A DNA stretch of 64,000 nucleotides from an uncultured Patescibacteria group bacterium (GTDB lineage: Bacteria > Patescibacteriota > Microgenomatia > UBA1400 > PJMF01). Location: contig CAJQIG010000004.1 in NCBI GenBank assembly GCA_905478415.1, positions 139,523-203,522 on the forward strand, in the 5' to 3' direction. The translations under genes and the position numbers were made by a program. Below are positions 21,301 to 31,097 of this stretch, one piece after another (position 1 is the first letter of the stretch; every line of letters starts with the position of its first letter). A model generated the notes under the pieces. It was not told the DNA's origin. It made no database searches and saw only the letters and a program-made list of their open reading frames with translations.

Positions 21301-21363
21301 TGACCCAAAATGTTGAGCGATTCACATTATATCACCTAGATCAAATTCTTAAGGCTGCGAGAA

Positions 21364-21633
21364 TTATTTGTCTTTACCTTCTGCTTCACGCTCCATCTTT
21401 TCAAGACGGACATAGTAATCACCGAACTCATTGAGATGAGCGAGGGCAATCTTAGCAGTGATGATAGGATCATCTTGCGTCACATTTGTCATTGGATCTT
21501 GCGAACCATGCTCAAGTTCCACCTTCATACCAGCAATGAGATCTAACGGTGTATAGGTGACTGTTGCCCAATCAATACCAATATCCTCAGCTATCTGCTT
21601 AACAGTGCCTTCGGACAGATCAAAGTTTTTCAT
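21364..21633 (-). CDS. DUF5661-like protein
   Basis: GMKVELEHG...TAKIALAHLNEFGDYYVRLEKME. Confidence 0.75.
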   Translation of the reverse strand: MKNFDLSEGTVKQIAEDIGIDWATVTYTPLDLIAGMKVELEHGSQDPMTNVTQDDPIITAKIALAHLNEFGDYYVRLEKMEREAEGKDK

Positions 21634-21685
21634 AGAATCCTCTCTTTTTACTTACCATTTCTAAGCTAGTACTATAAAAATAGTA

Positions 21686-21970
21686 TTATTTTTTAACTTT
21701 TTCTAGAGTTTTTCCAATTAATAAACCAATCAAGAGAAATATACTAATCGTTATAATAGAACCAAGAAAATCACTCATCGGACAAAATGAGCTTTTCCAT
21801 GAGCAACCACCCACACCAATGATTTGTAATACTAAACTCGGTATTCCAAAGAGAAAAAATGGATCATGGTTCATTGTCGAAAAATATGACTGAAGCAAAG
21901 ATCCAACTAATCCAATTAGACCTCCTATAATTGCCCCTTTAGTTTGATACTTTGAAATTTTTAATGACAT
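21686..21970 (-). CDS. Small membrane protein
   Basis: Three hydrophobic segments; AT-rich. Confidence 0.55.
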   Translation of the reverse strand: MSLKISKYQTKGAIIGGLIGLVGSLLQSYFSTMNHDPFFLFGIPSLVLQIIGVGGCSWKSSFCPMSDFLGSIITISIFLLIGLLIGKTLEKVKK

Positions 21971-22034
21971 AAAATTAGTAGTATCATTATAACTCTATTA
22001 CTAAGTTGCGGAAGCGTGTGCGCCAAATTAAAAT

Positions 22035-22616
22035 CTATTTTGTAACAAATACGTCCATTAGCGCATCAAATCTTTTCTGAACTTCTTTTTTTTCATCCTC
22101 AAAAAATATTTTTCTATTAAAATCACGATCTAATTTTTCTGTAACCCAAGATAGGAACTCTTCATACGTTTTTCCTTCTGGGATGTGCTTCCATGTAAAT
22201 TGCAAATAAAAATCAGTAGTTAAATGAGCTAAAGCATCTGCTGTGGCTAAAACCTGAGCTTCTTTTTTTCTAGGAGGTTCATCGTCTGGCCGACAAGAAT
22301 GTGGGGCTATCACTTCTTTCAATACTACTTCAATTTCACTTTCAGAATAACCTGATTTTGAAAGCAACTCACGAGCTTTTGTTTCAGAAACTTCTTCATG
22401 GCTGTCAGCAAATCTGTACATAAATGCGTCACCAAAGTCATGTAACAATGCTCCTGCAACGGCTATGTCTAGGTCAGCACCATATCTTATTGATAATTCT
22501 TCTGCTTTCTGTGCAACAACCGGAACATGATTCTTCCACATCCATTTTCCGAAATCTTCAGTACAAGCTAAATATGCTTCTTCTACCAATTGTGCCACTT
22601 TTTGGTGTCTACTCAT
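22035..22616 (-). CDS. HD-domain phosphohydrolase
   Basis: H...AGALLHDFGD...H...ATADALAH. Confidence 0.88.
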   Translation of the reverse strand: MSRHQKVAQLVEEAYLACTEDFGKWMWKNHVPVVAQKAEELSIRYGADLDIAVAGALLHDFGDAFMYRFADSHEEVSETKARELLSKSGYSESEIEVVLKEVIAPHSCRPDDEPPRKKEAQVLATADALAHLTTDFYLQFTWKHIPEGKTYEEFLSWVTEKLDRDFNRKIFFEDEKKEVQKRFDALMDVFVTK

Positions 22617-22618
22617 AA

Positions 22619-23122
22619 TTACATCTCCAATATAGGTTCTTCTCCGTCAGGAACATCAAATAGTTCTTGATTAAAGAACTTAATTTTCTTAGGAGTAATT
22701 TTATACATTTTACTAGAAATTATTTTCTTAGCCATATTTTCATAAGATAAAGACTCATCTGTAACACCTAGCTGTTGCTTCCAAAGGTGAAGTGAATGTT
22801 TTATTTTTACTACATCTGAAATCTGTTCTGCATGTCCATATAATTGGAGACCTTTTTTGTCTCCGGCTATACTTTGATTTGAGTTTGTTATTGCAACAGC
22901 AACTTGTGAATTTTCTTTTATTTGTTTGCAATGAATTGTTTTTGGAGAACTAAGAAAATATAGATTTAAATCTTGATCAAATGAATAGTAAACAGATGCT
23001 ATCCAAGGATGATTTTCTCCATAGGTAGCAACTTGCATTAAATTGTGTTGTTTTAAGTATTCGAGGATGTGTTTCTTTGTTAGTTTCATAGAAAATACAG
23101 GCTTTGGTTCTACAATTCCCAT
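22619..23122 (-). CDS. Pyridoxamine 5'-phosphate oxidase-like FMN-binding protein
   Basis: MQVAT...PWIASVYY...LYFLS...H...I..NSQVAVAI...GLQLYG. Confidence 0.82.
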   Translation of the reverse strand: MGIVEPKPVFSMKLTKKHILEYLKQHNLMQVATYGENHPWIASVYYSFDQDLNLYFLSSPKTIHCKQIKENSQVAVAITNSNQSIAGDKKGLQLYGHAEQISDVVKIKHSLHLWKQQLGVTDESLSYENMAKKIISSKMYKITPKKIKFFNQELFDVPDGEEPILEM

Positions 23123-23166
23123 ACCTATCCCAATTTTAACACATTTCTAGCCTGGAGTTCTGAATT

Positions 23167-23802
23167 GCGAGGGTTAGTGAACGATGTTCGAACCTTTTAC
23201 TCCAATGAAATCCAATATCTAAGCTTTTCAACTCCAGGATCTTGGCTTACTTTTTTTGCTGGTATTCCACCGCATTTCTCAATAATTTTTTTTGAAGCTA
23301 TGTGATCTTTGTCACAGGTGAGTAAAACTTTTTTTAATCCTAAGCCTTTTGCCTTTTCTAAACCCAGTTTAAGTATATTATACCCATAACCCGTTTTTCT
23401 TTTAGAAGGTCGAACATCATAGCCAATATGCCCACCTACTTTCCTAAGAAACTCAGTCATTTCATGACGAATATCCAATCTTCCAATAAATGCGTTATTA
23501 TCAATAAGCCAATATTCAGTTGCTGAAATATATCCTTTAAAAAGATTTTCTCCTCTAGATCTGCTTTTTATTTTTTCAACAAATGCTGAAAAGTCATTTT
23601 CAATTTCATTTTGATTAATTGATCTATAATGTTCGCGATCTTCATCTTTGTATTCTTTTAATGCATTAAGATAAGAATCCTTGTACTTACTATCAGGTAA
23701 AGTTAGTTTCATAATAATTAGAATTATATCAAATATTAGGTGTTTAAGATTTTTTATTAAGCATGCAAATTCGTAGATGTTCACTTGAGGAATAATTGCG
23801 TT
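23167..23802. mobile_element. Cassette B1 of the tRNA-Ser(GGA) array
   Basis: Distal half-site ttgcgagggttagtgaacgatgttcgaacc at 23165, directly next to the GNAT stop; proximal end at the tRNA ttgcgg. Confidence 0.65.
23197..23712 (-). CDS. GNAT N-acetyltransferase (start MKLTLP)
   Basis: IGRLDIRH...GGHIGYDVRPSKRKTGYG...LTCDKDHIASKKIIEKCGG. Confidence 0.9.
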   Translation of the reverse strand: MKLTLPDSKYKDSYLNALKEYKDEDREHYRSINQNEIENDFSAFVEKIKSRSRGENLFKGYISATEYWLIDNNAFIGRLDIRHEMTEFLRKVGGHIGYDVRPSKRKTGYGYNILKLGLEKAKGLGLKKVLLTCDKDHIASKKIIEKCGGIPAKKVSQDPGVEKLRYWISLE

Positions 23803-23803
23803 G

Positions 23804-23886
23804 CGGAGGTAGAGGGATTCGAACCCACGGATCCCGAAGGATCACGCTTTCCAAGCGTGTGCAATTGACCACTATGCGATACCTCC
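23804..23886 (-). tRNA. tRNA-Ser(GGA); CCA not encoded
   Basis: CACGC-TTGGAAA-GCGTG anticodon arm; variable arm; T-arm; G73. Confidence 0.93.
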
Positions 23887-23919
23887 ACTTTGGATAGCCG
23901 GATTATATACGGTTTTGAA

Positions 23920-24384
23920 CTAGATTTCTACCAACTTAACAGCTTCTATAACGAAAGGAGCACGTAAGATCTCTGGATGGGTTAGGAGTTCTTCCTTTGT
24001 ATACCAGTTGACTTCAAAAATATTTTCTTCAGCAGGGTTGTGAGAAAAGTCTAATTCTAAAGATCCAACAACCTTACATTGAAATCCAATACAGAGAATA
24101 TGAGTTTTCCATTGATCTAAAATAAATGACCACGTTCCAACTGGTTTTCCAGGAACTACTGTTAATCCAACTTCTTCTTTCACTTCACGAATTAAGGCCT
24201 CTTGAGCTGTCTCTCCAAACTCAATACCACCACCAGGGAAATCATGTATTATCTCTCCTGATGATGTCTTTTCAGTAATAACTAGGATTTTGCCATCATG
24301 CACTATCAGTGCTTTGGCACCAGGACGAATTTTTTTTGGAGTTTCTTTTTTCGGTAATTTGTTTTTTATAATTGGTATGGTCAT
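23920..24384 (-). CDS. NUDIX hydrolase
   Basis: GGGIEFGETAQEALIREVKEEVG. Confidence 0.9.
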   Translation of the reverse strand: MTIPIIKNKLPKKETPKKIRPGAKALIVHDGKILVITEKTSSGEIIHDFPGGGIEFGETAQEALIREVKEEVGLTVVPGKPVGTWSFILDQWKTHILCIGFQCKVVGSLELDFSHNPAEENIFEVNWYTKEELLTHPEILRAPFVIEAVKLVEI

Positions 24385-24482
24385 CGATTCTTTCTTATCT
24401 AGAATTAGTATATACCAAGATACAAGTAGTTACTGTGTAATTGGAATGGTATAATTCGATCCGTAGTGCATAATTTGCACCT

Positions 24483-24567
24483 GGAGGCATCGCATAGTGG
24501 CCAATTGCACAAGATTGCTAATCTTGACCGATTTTTCGGTTCGTGGGTTCGAATCCCACTGCCTCCG
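24483..24567 (+). tRNA. tRNA-Ser(GCT); CCA not encoded
   Basis: CAAGA-TTGCTAA-TCTTG anticodon arm; variable arm; GGTTCGAATCC; G73. Confidence 0.93.
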
Positions 24568-24748
24568 CAACAAGTGAAAAGTTCTGGTAGACCCGTCTAA
24601 TATGCTTGAATGAGTTGATGGAGCTTGCTTAATTTTAGCTATTTTCAACATTTTTCAGTTTTAAAGCCTTTTTAAAAAAATATACATACAATATTTTTGA
24701 ACACACTATTTTCAATATAACTTAGTAACCCATGGTAAAATGATAGTT

Positions 24749-25228
24749 ATGAAAACAAGAAAAGCAAAAAAATCAGATAAAAATGAAGTTTTAAATTTAC
24801 TTGACGACTTTAGAGCTGATTGTATTGAACAGATAACTGGCAAATCAGCTACATCAACATCAGCAAAAACAGGTGGTGACAAACTCTTCACAAAACTTTT
24901 AGAGAGATCTGATTATTGCATACTGCTTTTAGTTAACTCTGATTCAGAAATTTCTGGAATTATAACTGGATACCTTTGTTCTATGCTTCGTAGTGGTGAA
25001 ATGAGAGCTGAAGTTGAAGAATTTTTTGTTAAAAAAGATAGCAGAGGTAATGGGAACGCTAATTTACTTATGGACTCATTCTTTTCATGGTGTAAATCTA
25101 AGAATGTTACTAAAGTTAATCTAGAGTCAGATAATGATTTAGGCCGTGCACATAGTTTTTACAAAAAATATGGTTTTGAAACATCAGCTCAGAGATTTGT
25201 GAAGAAGATAAACTATGAAAACACTTGA
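24749..25228 (+). CDS. GNAT N-acetyltransferase
   Basis: VEEFFVKKDSRGNGNA...AHSFYKKYGF. Confidence 0.88.
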   Translation: MKTRKAKKSDKNEVLNLLDDFRADCIEQITGKSATSTSAKTGGDKLFTKLLERSDYCILLLVNSDSEISGIITGYLCSMLRSGEMRAEVEEFFVKKDSRGNGNANLLMDSFFSWCKSKNVTKVNLESDNDLGRAHSFYKKYGFETSAQRFVKKINYENT

Positions 25229-26123
25229 ACAATTCACCTATAGAAATGAGACTCTTGCTACACATTTCATAGAATCTTCAGAAGTTTTTCCAGGAGTTGT
25301 ATGTGATGTTTACTCGCATCCGGAAACAAAAGAAAGAGATTTGGGAGTTATTTACATCGAAGCAGGTAAAAAAACCCAACCACAAAAGGTTGTTGGAGGT
25401 AAGGAGACAACAGAAGGATATATCTCTGGAAGAGGAATTTTACTTATTCTAAAACCGGATGGCACAAAAATAGAGTTTGAAGTTGGCCCAGAAAATGAAG
25501 GCTTTGCACACACCATTGAAGTCGGCGACATCATACAGTGGCAAGCAGTGGAAGATTTAGTAGTTTTTGAAGTTTGTTTTCCACCATATGAGGATGGTAG
25601 ATTTGAGAATTTAAAACAACGGGGTTTGACAGACCGTATTGAACTAAAGTCAGACGAAGATACCGTTGAGCTGAAAGAGTTAGTCCCAGAAGATGCTGAG
25701 TTCTACTTTAGCTTAATTAATGCAGATAAGGAACATCTTAGTCAAAATGGAGATATAACTGCAAAAAAATATTCATCTGTTGAAGCTGTGAGTGAGAGTA
25801 TTATTGATCCTCAAAATTTAGGTAAATTTAGATTTGGAATCTGGGATGGAAAAGAGATGGTTGGCTCTAACAATCTTAGATTAAAAGGAAATGATACAGC
25901 AGAGCTAGGATCTTGGATTGGTAAGGAAAAAACTGGAAATAACTATGCAGCTAGAGCAAGAACACTTTTAGTTGATTTCGCTTTCAACTATTTAGGTCTA
26001 AAAAAAGTAGTTTGTGAAATAATAGTAGGAAATAGAGCTAGTAGAAAATCAGTTGAAAAATCTGGGTTTGAGCTTACTGAAGAAAAAGATAAAAGATGGA
26101 TTTTTACTTTGGAAAGAAATTAA
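25215..26123 (+). CDS. Cupin-like domain fused to a RimL-type GNAT
   Basis: N-terminal beta-rich region EGYISGRG...FEVCFPPY; C-terminal AELGSWIG...NRASRKSVEKSGF. Confidence 0.7.
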   Translation: MKTLEQFTYRNETLATHFIESSEVFPGVVCDVYSHPETKERDLGVIYIEAGKKTQPQKVVGGKETTEGYISGRGILLILKPDGTKIEFEVGPENEGFAHTIEVGDIIQWQAVEDLVVFEVCFPPYEDGRFENLKQRGLTDRIELKSDEDTVELKELVPEDAEFYFSLINADKEHLSQNGDITAKKYSSVEAVSESIIDPQNLGKFRFGIWDGKEMVGSNNLRLKGNDTAELGSWIGKEKTGNNYAARARTLLVDFAFNYLGLKKVVCEIIVGNRASRKSVEKSGFELTEEKDKRWIFTLERN

Positions 26124-26467
26124 AGTGTTTTTCCTGACCATTCAATAAAATGCTGACAATACTGAAATTCGCCGAACTCACCTTGTTGCTGTGAGATAAA
26201 ATCCTTACAGCGATCTGTCTCTGCCCTGACTTCACCTTGTAAAACTTGTAAAGCTTCTAACTCTGCTGTATCAGCAGTAACCTTCTCTATTGCTTGAATA
26301 GCTTCTGTTCGCCAATTAGAGTACTGCACATACTTATAATACCCAAAAGCAGTCAGAAAAATAACAAAAGCAACAACGAAAAAGTAGAGTCCTCTTTTGA
26401 GAGTGTTAGCTTTTGAAGTTGTTGGCAACTCTTGTTGTTTGAGTGATGTTTCTTCTTGATTGTTCAT
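26120..26467 (-). CDS. Hypothetical membrane-anchored protein
   Basis: One TM helix; C-terminal Cys pair. Confidence 0.55.
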   Translation of the reverse strand: MNNQEETSLKQQELPTTSKANTLKRGLYFFVVAFVIFLTAFGYYKYVQYSNWRTEAIQAIEKVTADTAELEALQVLQGEVRAETDRCKDFISQQQGEFGEFQYCQHFIEWSGKTL

Positions 26468-26619
26468 ATCAATATACTATCAGTAAAATACTATTCTGAC
26501 TAATTGAATTTATCGAGTCAGTCAGAGCTGTGCAGCAACTAAAATTTTAGTTAAAGTAGTTAAAAAGATTGATATATGCAATAATGAACTAGTACCATTT
26601 TAAAAGAAAGTATAATTTT

Positions 26620-27183
26620 ATGTTAGATAAAATAATAAATGAAACAACAAAAGCAATAGTTGCTGCCGTAAAAGGCACTGACGATATTGTTTCTGCTTTA
26701 AGAGGTGCTGTTAAAAACCAAATAACCGGAGCTTTTAAAGATGTTAGTGAAGTCGGTGTTGTCGGGATGGACTCAGTCGCAAATATTGTTAAGGGTGGTG
26801 TTAAGAGCACGTCCGAAGTTGGTATTTCAGTGGTTGATGGGGCAAGAGCTTCTGTTCATGCAGCAATCACCGGAGTTTCAGATGTCGGTGGAGACATTAC
26901 GCTTGCTGCTAAGAGAGCAGCTAAAGCAGCAGTAACTATGGCTGCAGAACTTGGTAAAGATGTTGGAGCAGTTGCGGTCAGTTCTGTTGAAGGTGCACTC
27001 AAAGCAGCTGAAACCGTTGGAGTCGGTACAACTCAGGTCGTTAGCTCATCAGTGGTGGGTGCAGTCAAAGCTGCAGATGCTATCGGAACAGAAGCTGGTG
27101 CCGCGGTTAGAAAAGCATTACTATCTGCATCCTCTCTTCCTAAAGATGTTGTAGAGAAAGCAATAAGTGGAAGTCGCAAATAA
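26620..27183 (+). CDS. Ala/Val/Gly-rich repetitive hypothetical protein
   Basis: ~22-aa quasi-repeats (e.g. VxGAxKAAxxVG). Confidence 0.6.
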   Translation: MLDKIINETTKAIVAAVKGTDDIVSALRGAVKNQITGAFKDVSEVGVVGMDSVANIVKGGVKSTSEVGISVVDGARASVHAAITGVSDVGGDITLAAKRAAKAAVTMAAELGKDVGAVAVSSVEGALKAAETVGVGTTQVVSSSVVGAVKAADAIGTEAGAAVRKALLSASSLPKDVVEKAISGSRK

Positions 27184-27202
27184 ACCTCTACAAAAAAATG
27201 GT

Positions 27203-28375
27203 TTATGCAATGTAGTAGCCTCGAGAAAATAAAATAAGCAACAGTACTTGCACTATAAGTAAGCTGCCGAAAAGGTACTTCCAAACACGAGCTCTTTTCT
27301 CAAAAAAACCAGAAAACGAAAGAAAAAGTGGAAAGACTGGTAACACATACCGAGGAAATCCACTTAAAGTACCAGAAAAAAGCGGTAAAAATAGCATACT
27401 GACTGCAAAGAGAAGATATGAAACTCGTATCTTTTGTTTCCAACTTAAGTAGACTCCCCAAACAGCCCATCCTAAAGTTGTAAATTCCAGCAAAGCTACC
27501 CAAAATTCGAACTGGTACAGAGAGACCGTTATAAAAATTTTAAGATACCGATAGACGGTAACTAGTGGAAACACTAGTCCAGCTACTTCTCGGCTATTTC
27601 CCAATGCCCCATGAGCGTGCACAAAATAAAGTGGATCTCCCCATGTCTGTAGGTTGTAGTAACTATAGAGAGCAAGTAAAACAGGAATACACCCAAACGA
27701 CAAAGCTTGCAAATGATCACGCCAATTGTATTTTTTACCTTGTATTTCTAAAGAAAAATATTCATATAAAAGTGGGATCACCAACAAGATCCCCGAAAGC
27801 CTTGTCACCGCTAAAAACATTGTAGCTACACTTGCCCAGAACCAACTTCTTTTTCGGGCAAAGTAAAGCACCGCCACACACAAAAGTAAGAAGAGACCTT
27901 CTGAGTATACCGCTGCAAAAAAGAATGCTGTAGGAAAAAGCAGCAAAAGCAACAATGTGTTCTGTGCTCTTTGCTTCGGAAAGTCGAGCAACAAAAGTTT
28001 ATATAACAATAAAAGTGCACCGAAAAAAAACAAACTACTAAGTACTACTCCCACCCAGAAAGGTATCTGACTGTAAGCAGTTATTGGTACCAACAACCCA
28101 AAAGGTGCTGAAAAAATACGAATTAAAAACGGAAAAAAAGGCATAAACCTACCCTCATCAATATAGCCACGCGAAGCAATTCCTAAGTAATGAATGCCAT
28201 CAAAATTTGCCCAGGAATACACAGCTGGATGTTTCAGTGCTCCAACTTGTTCAGTGTAATAAGAAAGTCGAGTAAAATCGGCATCTGCTCTAAAAGGAAG
28301 ATACATGCCTGCTAAGATAACGGGAATAACAAGCCACAGGCGCCAAGCTATACTAAAGGTAAGTAGTTTCTTCAC
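27203..28375 (-). CDS. GT-C mannosyltransferase (PIG-V-like)
   Basis: WANFDGIHYLGIA..GY, FMPFFP, FPTAFFFAAVYSEGLFL, RYVL. Confidence 0.85.
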   Translation of the reverse strand: MKKLLTFSIAWRLWLVIPVILAGMYLPFRADADFTRLSYYTEQVGALKHPAVYSWANFDGIHYLGIASRGYIDEGRFMPFFPFLIRIFSAPFGLLVPITAYSQIPFWVGVVLSSLFFFGALLLLYKLLLLDFPKQRAQNTLLLLLLFPTAFFFAAVYSEGLFLLLCVAVLYFARKRSWFWASVATMFLAVTRLSGILLVIPLLYEYFSLEIQGKKYNWRDHLQALSFGCIPVLLALYSYYNLQTWGDPLYFVHAHGALGNSREVAGLVFPLVTVYRYLKIFITVSLYQFEFWVALLEFTTLGWAVWGVYLSWKQKIRVSYLLFAVSMLFLPLFSGTLSGFPRYVLPVFPLFLSFSGFFEKRARVWKYLFGSLLIVQVLLLILFSRGYYIA

Positions 28376-28458
28376 CTTCTTACTATCTCATAAATATCCC
28401 CGCTATGAAATACTTCTCTTCTCTATAAATTTTGATGAGACTGGGTTAGACTATTTGT

Positions 28459-28833
28459 ATGAATGTTCAAAAAAACACCCCCATTGCCGTTGTTGGCGTC
28501 TCCAATAACCCAGAAAAATATGGTCATCGAGTTTTCAAAGACTTACTCCACGCTGGATACACCGTTACTGGCATTAATCCCAAAGGAGGAACCGTTGAAG
28601 GTGAAACATTGGTCACCTCCCTAAAAGAACTTATTCCTAAGCCTGAACTTGCCCTGATTGTTGTTCCTCCTGAAATAGCACTTGAAGTGATTAAAGAATG
28701 TCACACGCTTGGGATCAAAAACGTCTGGATGCAACCAGGGGCACAATCAAAGGAAGCAAAAAAATTTGCAGACGAAAATAAAATTGAATTAACTGCTAAT
28801 GCTTGCTTTATGGTTCACAAACATCTTTGGTAA
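28459..28833 (+). CDS. CoA-binding protein (YccU-like)
   Basis: IAVVGVSNNPEKYG...VWMQPGA. Confidence 0.9.
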   Translation: MNVQKNTPIAVVGVSNNPEKYGHRVFKDLLHAGYTVTGINPKGGTVEGETLVTSLKELIPKPELALIVVPPEIALEVIKECHTLGIKNVWMQPGAQSKEAKKFADENKIELTANACFMVHKHLW

Positions 28834-28836
28834 TTG

Positions 28837-30063
28837 CTAACGAGACCCAAAGATAACTACATACATATTGTCTGCATGTCTAATACAAACATCATTGTAC
28901 TGTTTGCTCAGTTGAGCTTCCCGATGCCCCTTTGTTGAAGAGTCAAAACACCATTCAATCAGCTGAGTAGGCGTTTCAGCAAAAATACTATCTCCAGTTG
29001 TTCCATTAAGACAATATTGAGAAGCTAAGTTTTCACCAATTGTGCCACCTCCATAGCTTCGAATTCCCACAGGAGGATCTTCTTTTTCAAAATCAGCCTT
29101 AAAACCAGCATGATTATCGAGAGAGCCAAGTACCTGCAAATCGTTTGCTCGTTTTTCTGCATAGACACACAAATCATCGTTCACATTGAGTCGATGCACA
29201 TCGTTAGCTGAGCGGTACGCATTTAAAGCTTCAACAGTTGCTTCATCAGAAAACTCGGCGAGTTTCTTTGGTTGTTCATTTTTAAAGTTGACTGGCTTGC
29301 TACTGCTTGCTGGTAGTTTTTCTTGTTCCTTTTGTGGCTCTGCAAGTAACTGCACAACTACCCCAGCCTTGCCCATAAAAGATGTCTCAACTACTTTTGC
29401 AGCAATACCTACTTCAGTAAATTCTGGTGTCAGGACTGCCTCGGCCTGCTCTTCGTCTGACAACCAAGCAGTAATCACCGCTTCGGGTGACAAAGGACCA
29501 ACCAGTGCATTGTGATGAACCCAAGCATACGAGTACCCAGTATTTGCAACAACATCTGCCAAAAGCACTCCTTTTGAATCACCTTCTAAGTTAAAACCAC
29601 GAGCTTCCAAGTCCTCCAATAGTACTGCAGCTGCCGAGGCTAATTTACTATTTGAAGTAACTCTAGGTAAATCATGTTCTTCTCGTTGCAGATTAATTTG
29701 TGTGATTATATCTTCTGCCTCAAATACAATTTCAACCGCGTATGGATTTGTAAGGTGCTCAAAAACAATTTCTTCTCCAGGAATAATCCCATACTGCATC
29801 AGTAACCTAGCAATTGGAACCGGCACTCTCAGTGTATTTTGTGCTAAAAAAGCTTTACTTAAAGCGATATTAAATCCAATAAAAAAAGAAATCACCAAAA
29901 TTCGAGAAAGAAAATGCCAGAAAGAGGACTCGAAGAACATACTTTTGGAAAAATGAAATAACCGTACCACTGCAACTTTTTTGTGAAAAGTTTTCCAGCT
30001 TTTTGTAATGCGTTTTCTGCTACGCTTCAGTGTGCTCGCTATAGGCGATTTCGTTTTTGACAT
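28837..30063 (-). CDS. Tandem CAP/SCP domain protein
   Basis: INLQREEHDL...FTEVGIA; LNAYRSAN...GENLA...W..S..GH. Confidence 0.8.
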   Translation of the reverse strand: MSKTKSPIASTLKRSRKRITKSWKTFHKKVAVVRLFHFSKSMFFESSFWHFLSRILVISFFIGFNIALSKAFLAQNTLRVPVPIARLLMQYGIIPGEEIVFEHLTNPYAVEIVFEAEDIITQINLQREEHDLPRVTSNSKLASAAAVLLEDLEARGFNLEGDSKGVLLADVVANTGYSYAWVHHNALVGPLSPEAVITAWLSDEEQAEAVLTPEFTEVGIAAKVVETSFMGKAGVVVQLLAEPQKEQEKLPASSSKPVNFKNEQPKKLAEFSDEATVEALNAYRSANDVHRLNVNDDLCVYAEKRANDLQVLGSLDNHAGFKADFEKEDPPVGIRSYGGGTIGENLASQYCLNGTTGDSIFAETPTQLIEWCFDSSTKGHREAQLSKQYNDVCIRHADNMYVVIFGSR

Positions 30064-30469
30064 GTTCTAATGCTGTTCGTACATACTCAACCATTTTCTC
30101 AGGAAGCGCATCTAAAGAAAACCAGGCAAGTTGATCACACTTTTCAGGTTCACAATTTTTGAAAGCACTGGTGAATGCAAGAGTACAAAAGAAAAAATCT
30201 ATGCGCTCATGAGGTTCGCTGACTTGATTTCGATGCATCACATGAGCAAACTGTAAGTCATCAACTGAGAGAGTAACCCCCACTTCTTCTTTAATTTCTC
30301 TTGTCAGTGCTTCACGAGCAGTTTCTTCGCCATCGACATGCCCAGCAGGAACTGAGTAGTATCCATCCATGTATCCCGTTTGAAAACGCCGGGCCAAAAG
30401 GACTTGGTTATCTTTAAATGCAAACCAATGCACTGCTGTTACAAATGGAAATCTTTTTTTATGCTGCAT
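30020..30469 (-). CDS. NUDIX hydrolase
   Basis: AGHVDGEETAREALTREIKEEVG; EPEKCD. Confidence 0.9.
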   Translation of the reverse strand: MQHKKRFPFVTAVHWFAFKDNQVLLARRFQTGYMDGYYSVPAGHVDGEETAREALTREIKEEVGVTLSVDDLQFAHVMHRNQVSEPHERIDFFFCTLAFTSAFKNCEPEKCDQLAWFSLDALPEKMVEYVRTALEHVKNEIAYSEHTEA

Positions 30470-30478
30470 AACAAATCT

Positions 30479-31075
30479 TTATATTTCAATACCTGCTTTT
30501 CGAAGAGCTGGAACTACTAACTCCATAGGCAACCCATGAGAAAAACTCGTCAGTGACCCTTCAATACTATCAATTAATGCAGCCCCCGCATCATATGCAG
30601 GTGAAAATCCACCTGACCAAGAAGTCACATCATTCTCTTGTACATACTTTGATATTTCTGATGCTGAGAGATCCCGAAAACGCATCTTTGTAACTACCAC
30701 TGACATTTCAGTTGTATCCAAAGCGGTATCAATCACACAAAAGCCAGTGATGGCTATGGATGTTCCCGAGGTTAGCTTCGTTAACATCTCGATCGCCTCT
30801 TCTTTACTAGCTGGCTTCTCGAACTCTTGATCATCCAAAAAACCAAAGGTATCAGCAGCAATGATCACGGCTTCTCGCTCTGGGTACTTTTGTTTAAACA
30901 ATTCCATGACAGTAGCAGCTTTTGCTCGAGCTACTAACTGAGCTCTCATCTGAGCATCAGCGTGAGTAATAGCTTTTTCATCAACATGGGTTGGCATAAC
31001 TTCAAACGGAAGACCAAGTGTTTCCATCAACAAACGGCGTTGGACTGACTGTGAGGCTAAAATAATCTTCTTCAT
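30479..31075 (-). CDS. maf: Maf family nucleotide pyrophosphatase
   Basis: IILASQS..RR, IIAADT, EKP, IEGS....GLP. Confidence 0.88.
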   Translation of the reverse strand: MKKIILASQSVQRRLLMETLGLPFEVMPTHVDEKAITHADAQMRAQLVARAKAATVMELFKQKYPEREAVIIAADTFGFLDDQEFEKPASKEEAIEMLTKLTSGTSIAITGFCVIDTALDTTEMSVVVTKMRFRDLSASEISKYVQENDVTSWSGGFSPAYDAGAALIDSIEGSLTSFSHGLPMELVVPALRKAGIEI

Positions 31076-31097
31076 AGAACACCTTTAAAAAAAATAC

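Larger units (their letters stand above)
22008..23166. mobile_element. Cassette B2 of the tRNA-Ser(GGA) array
   Basis: Distal half-site ttgcggaagcgtgtgcgccaaattaaaatc at 22006, related to the reverse complement of 58959..58988; abuts the HD gene stop. Confidence 0.65.

Noticed and set aside
21355-22007. Third cassette in array B bounded by ctgcga at 21355
   Set aside because: No similarity to the half-site beyond the tgcg core; boundary unsupported.
24430-24651. ORF ending ...LLRRQWDSNPR as a real gene
   Set aside because: It is largely the antisense of tRNA-Ser(GCT). The upstream part shows no recognisable recombinase motif, although a remnant cannot be excluded.
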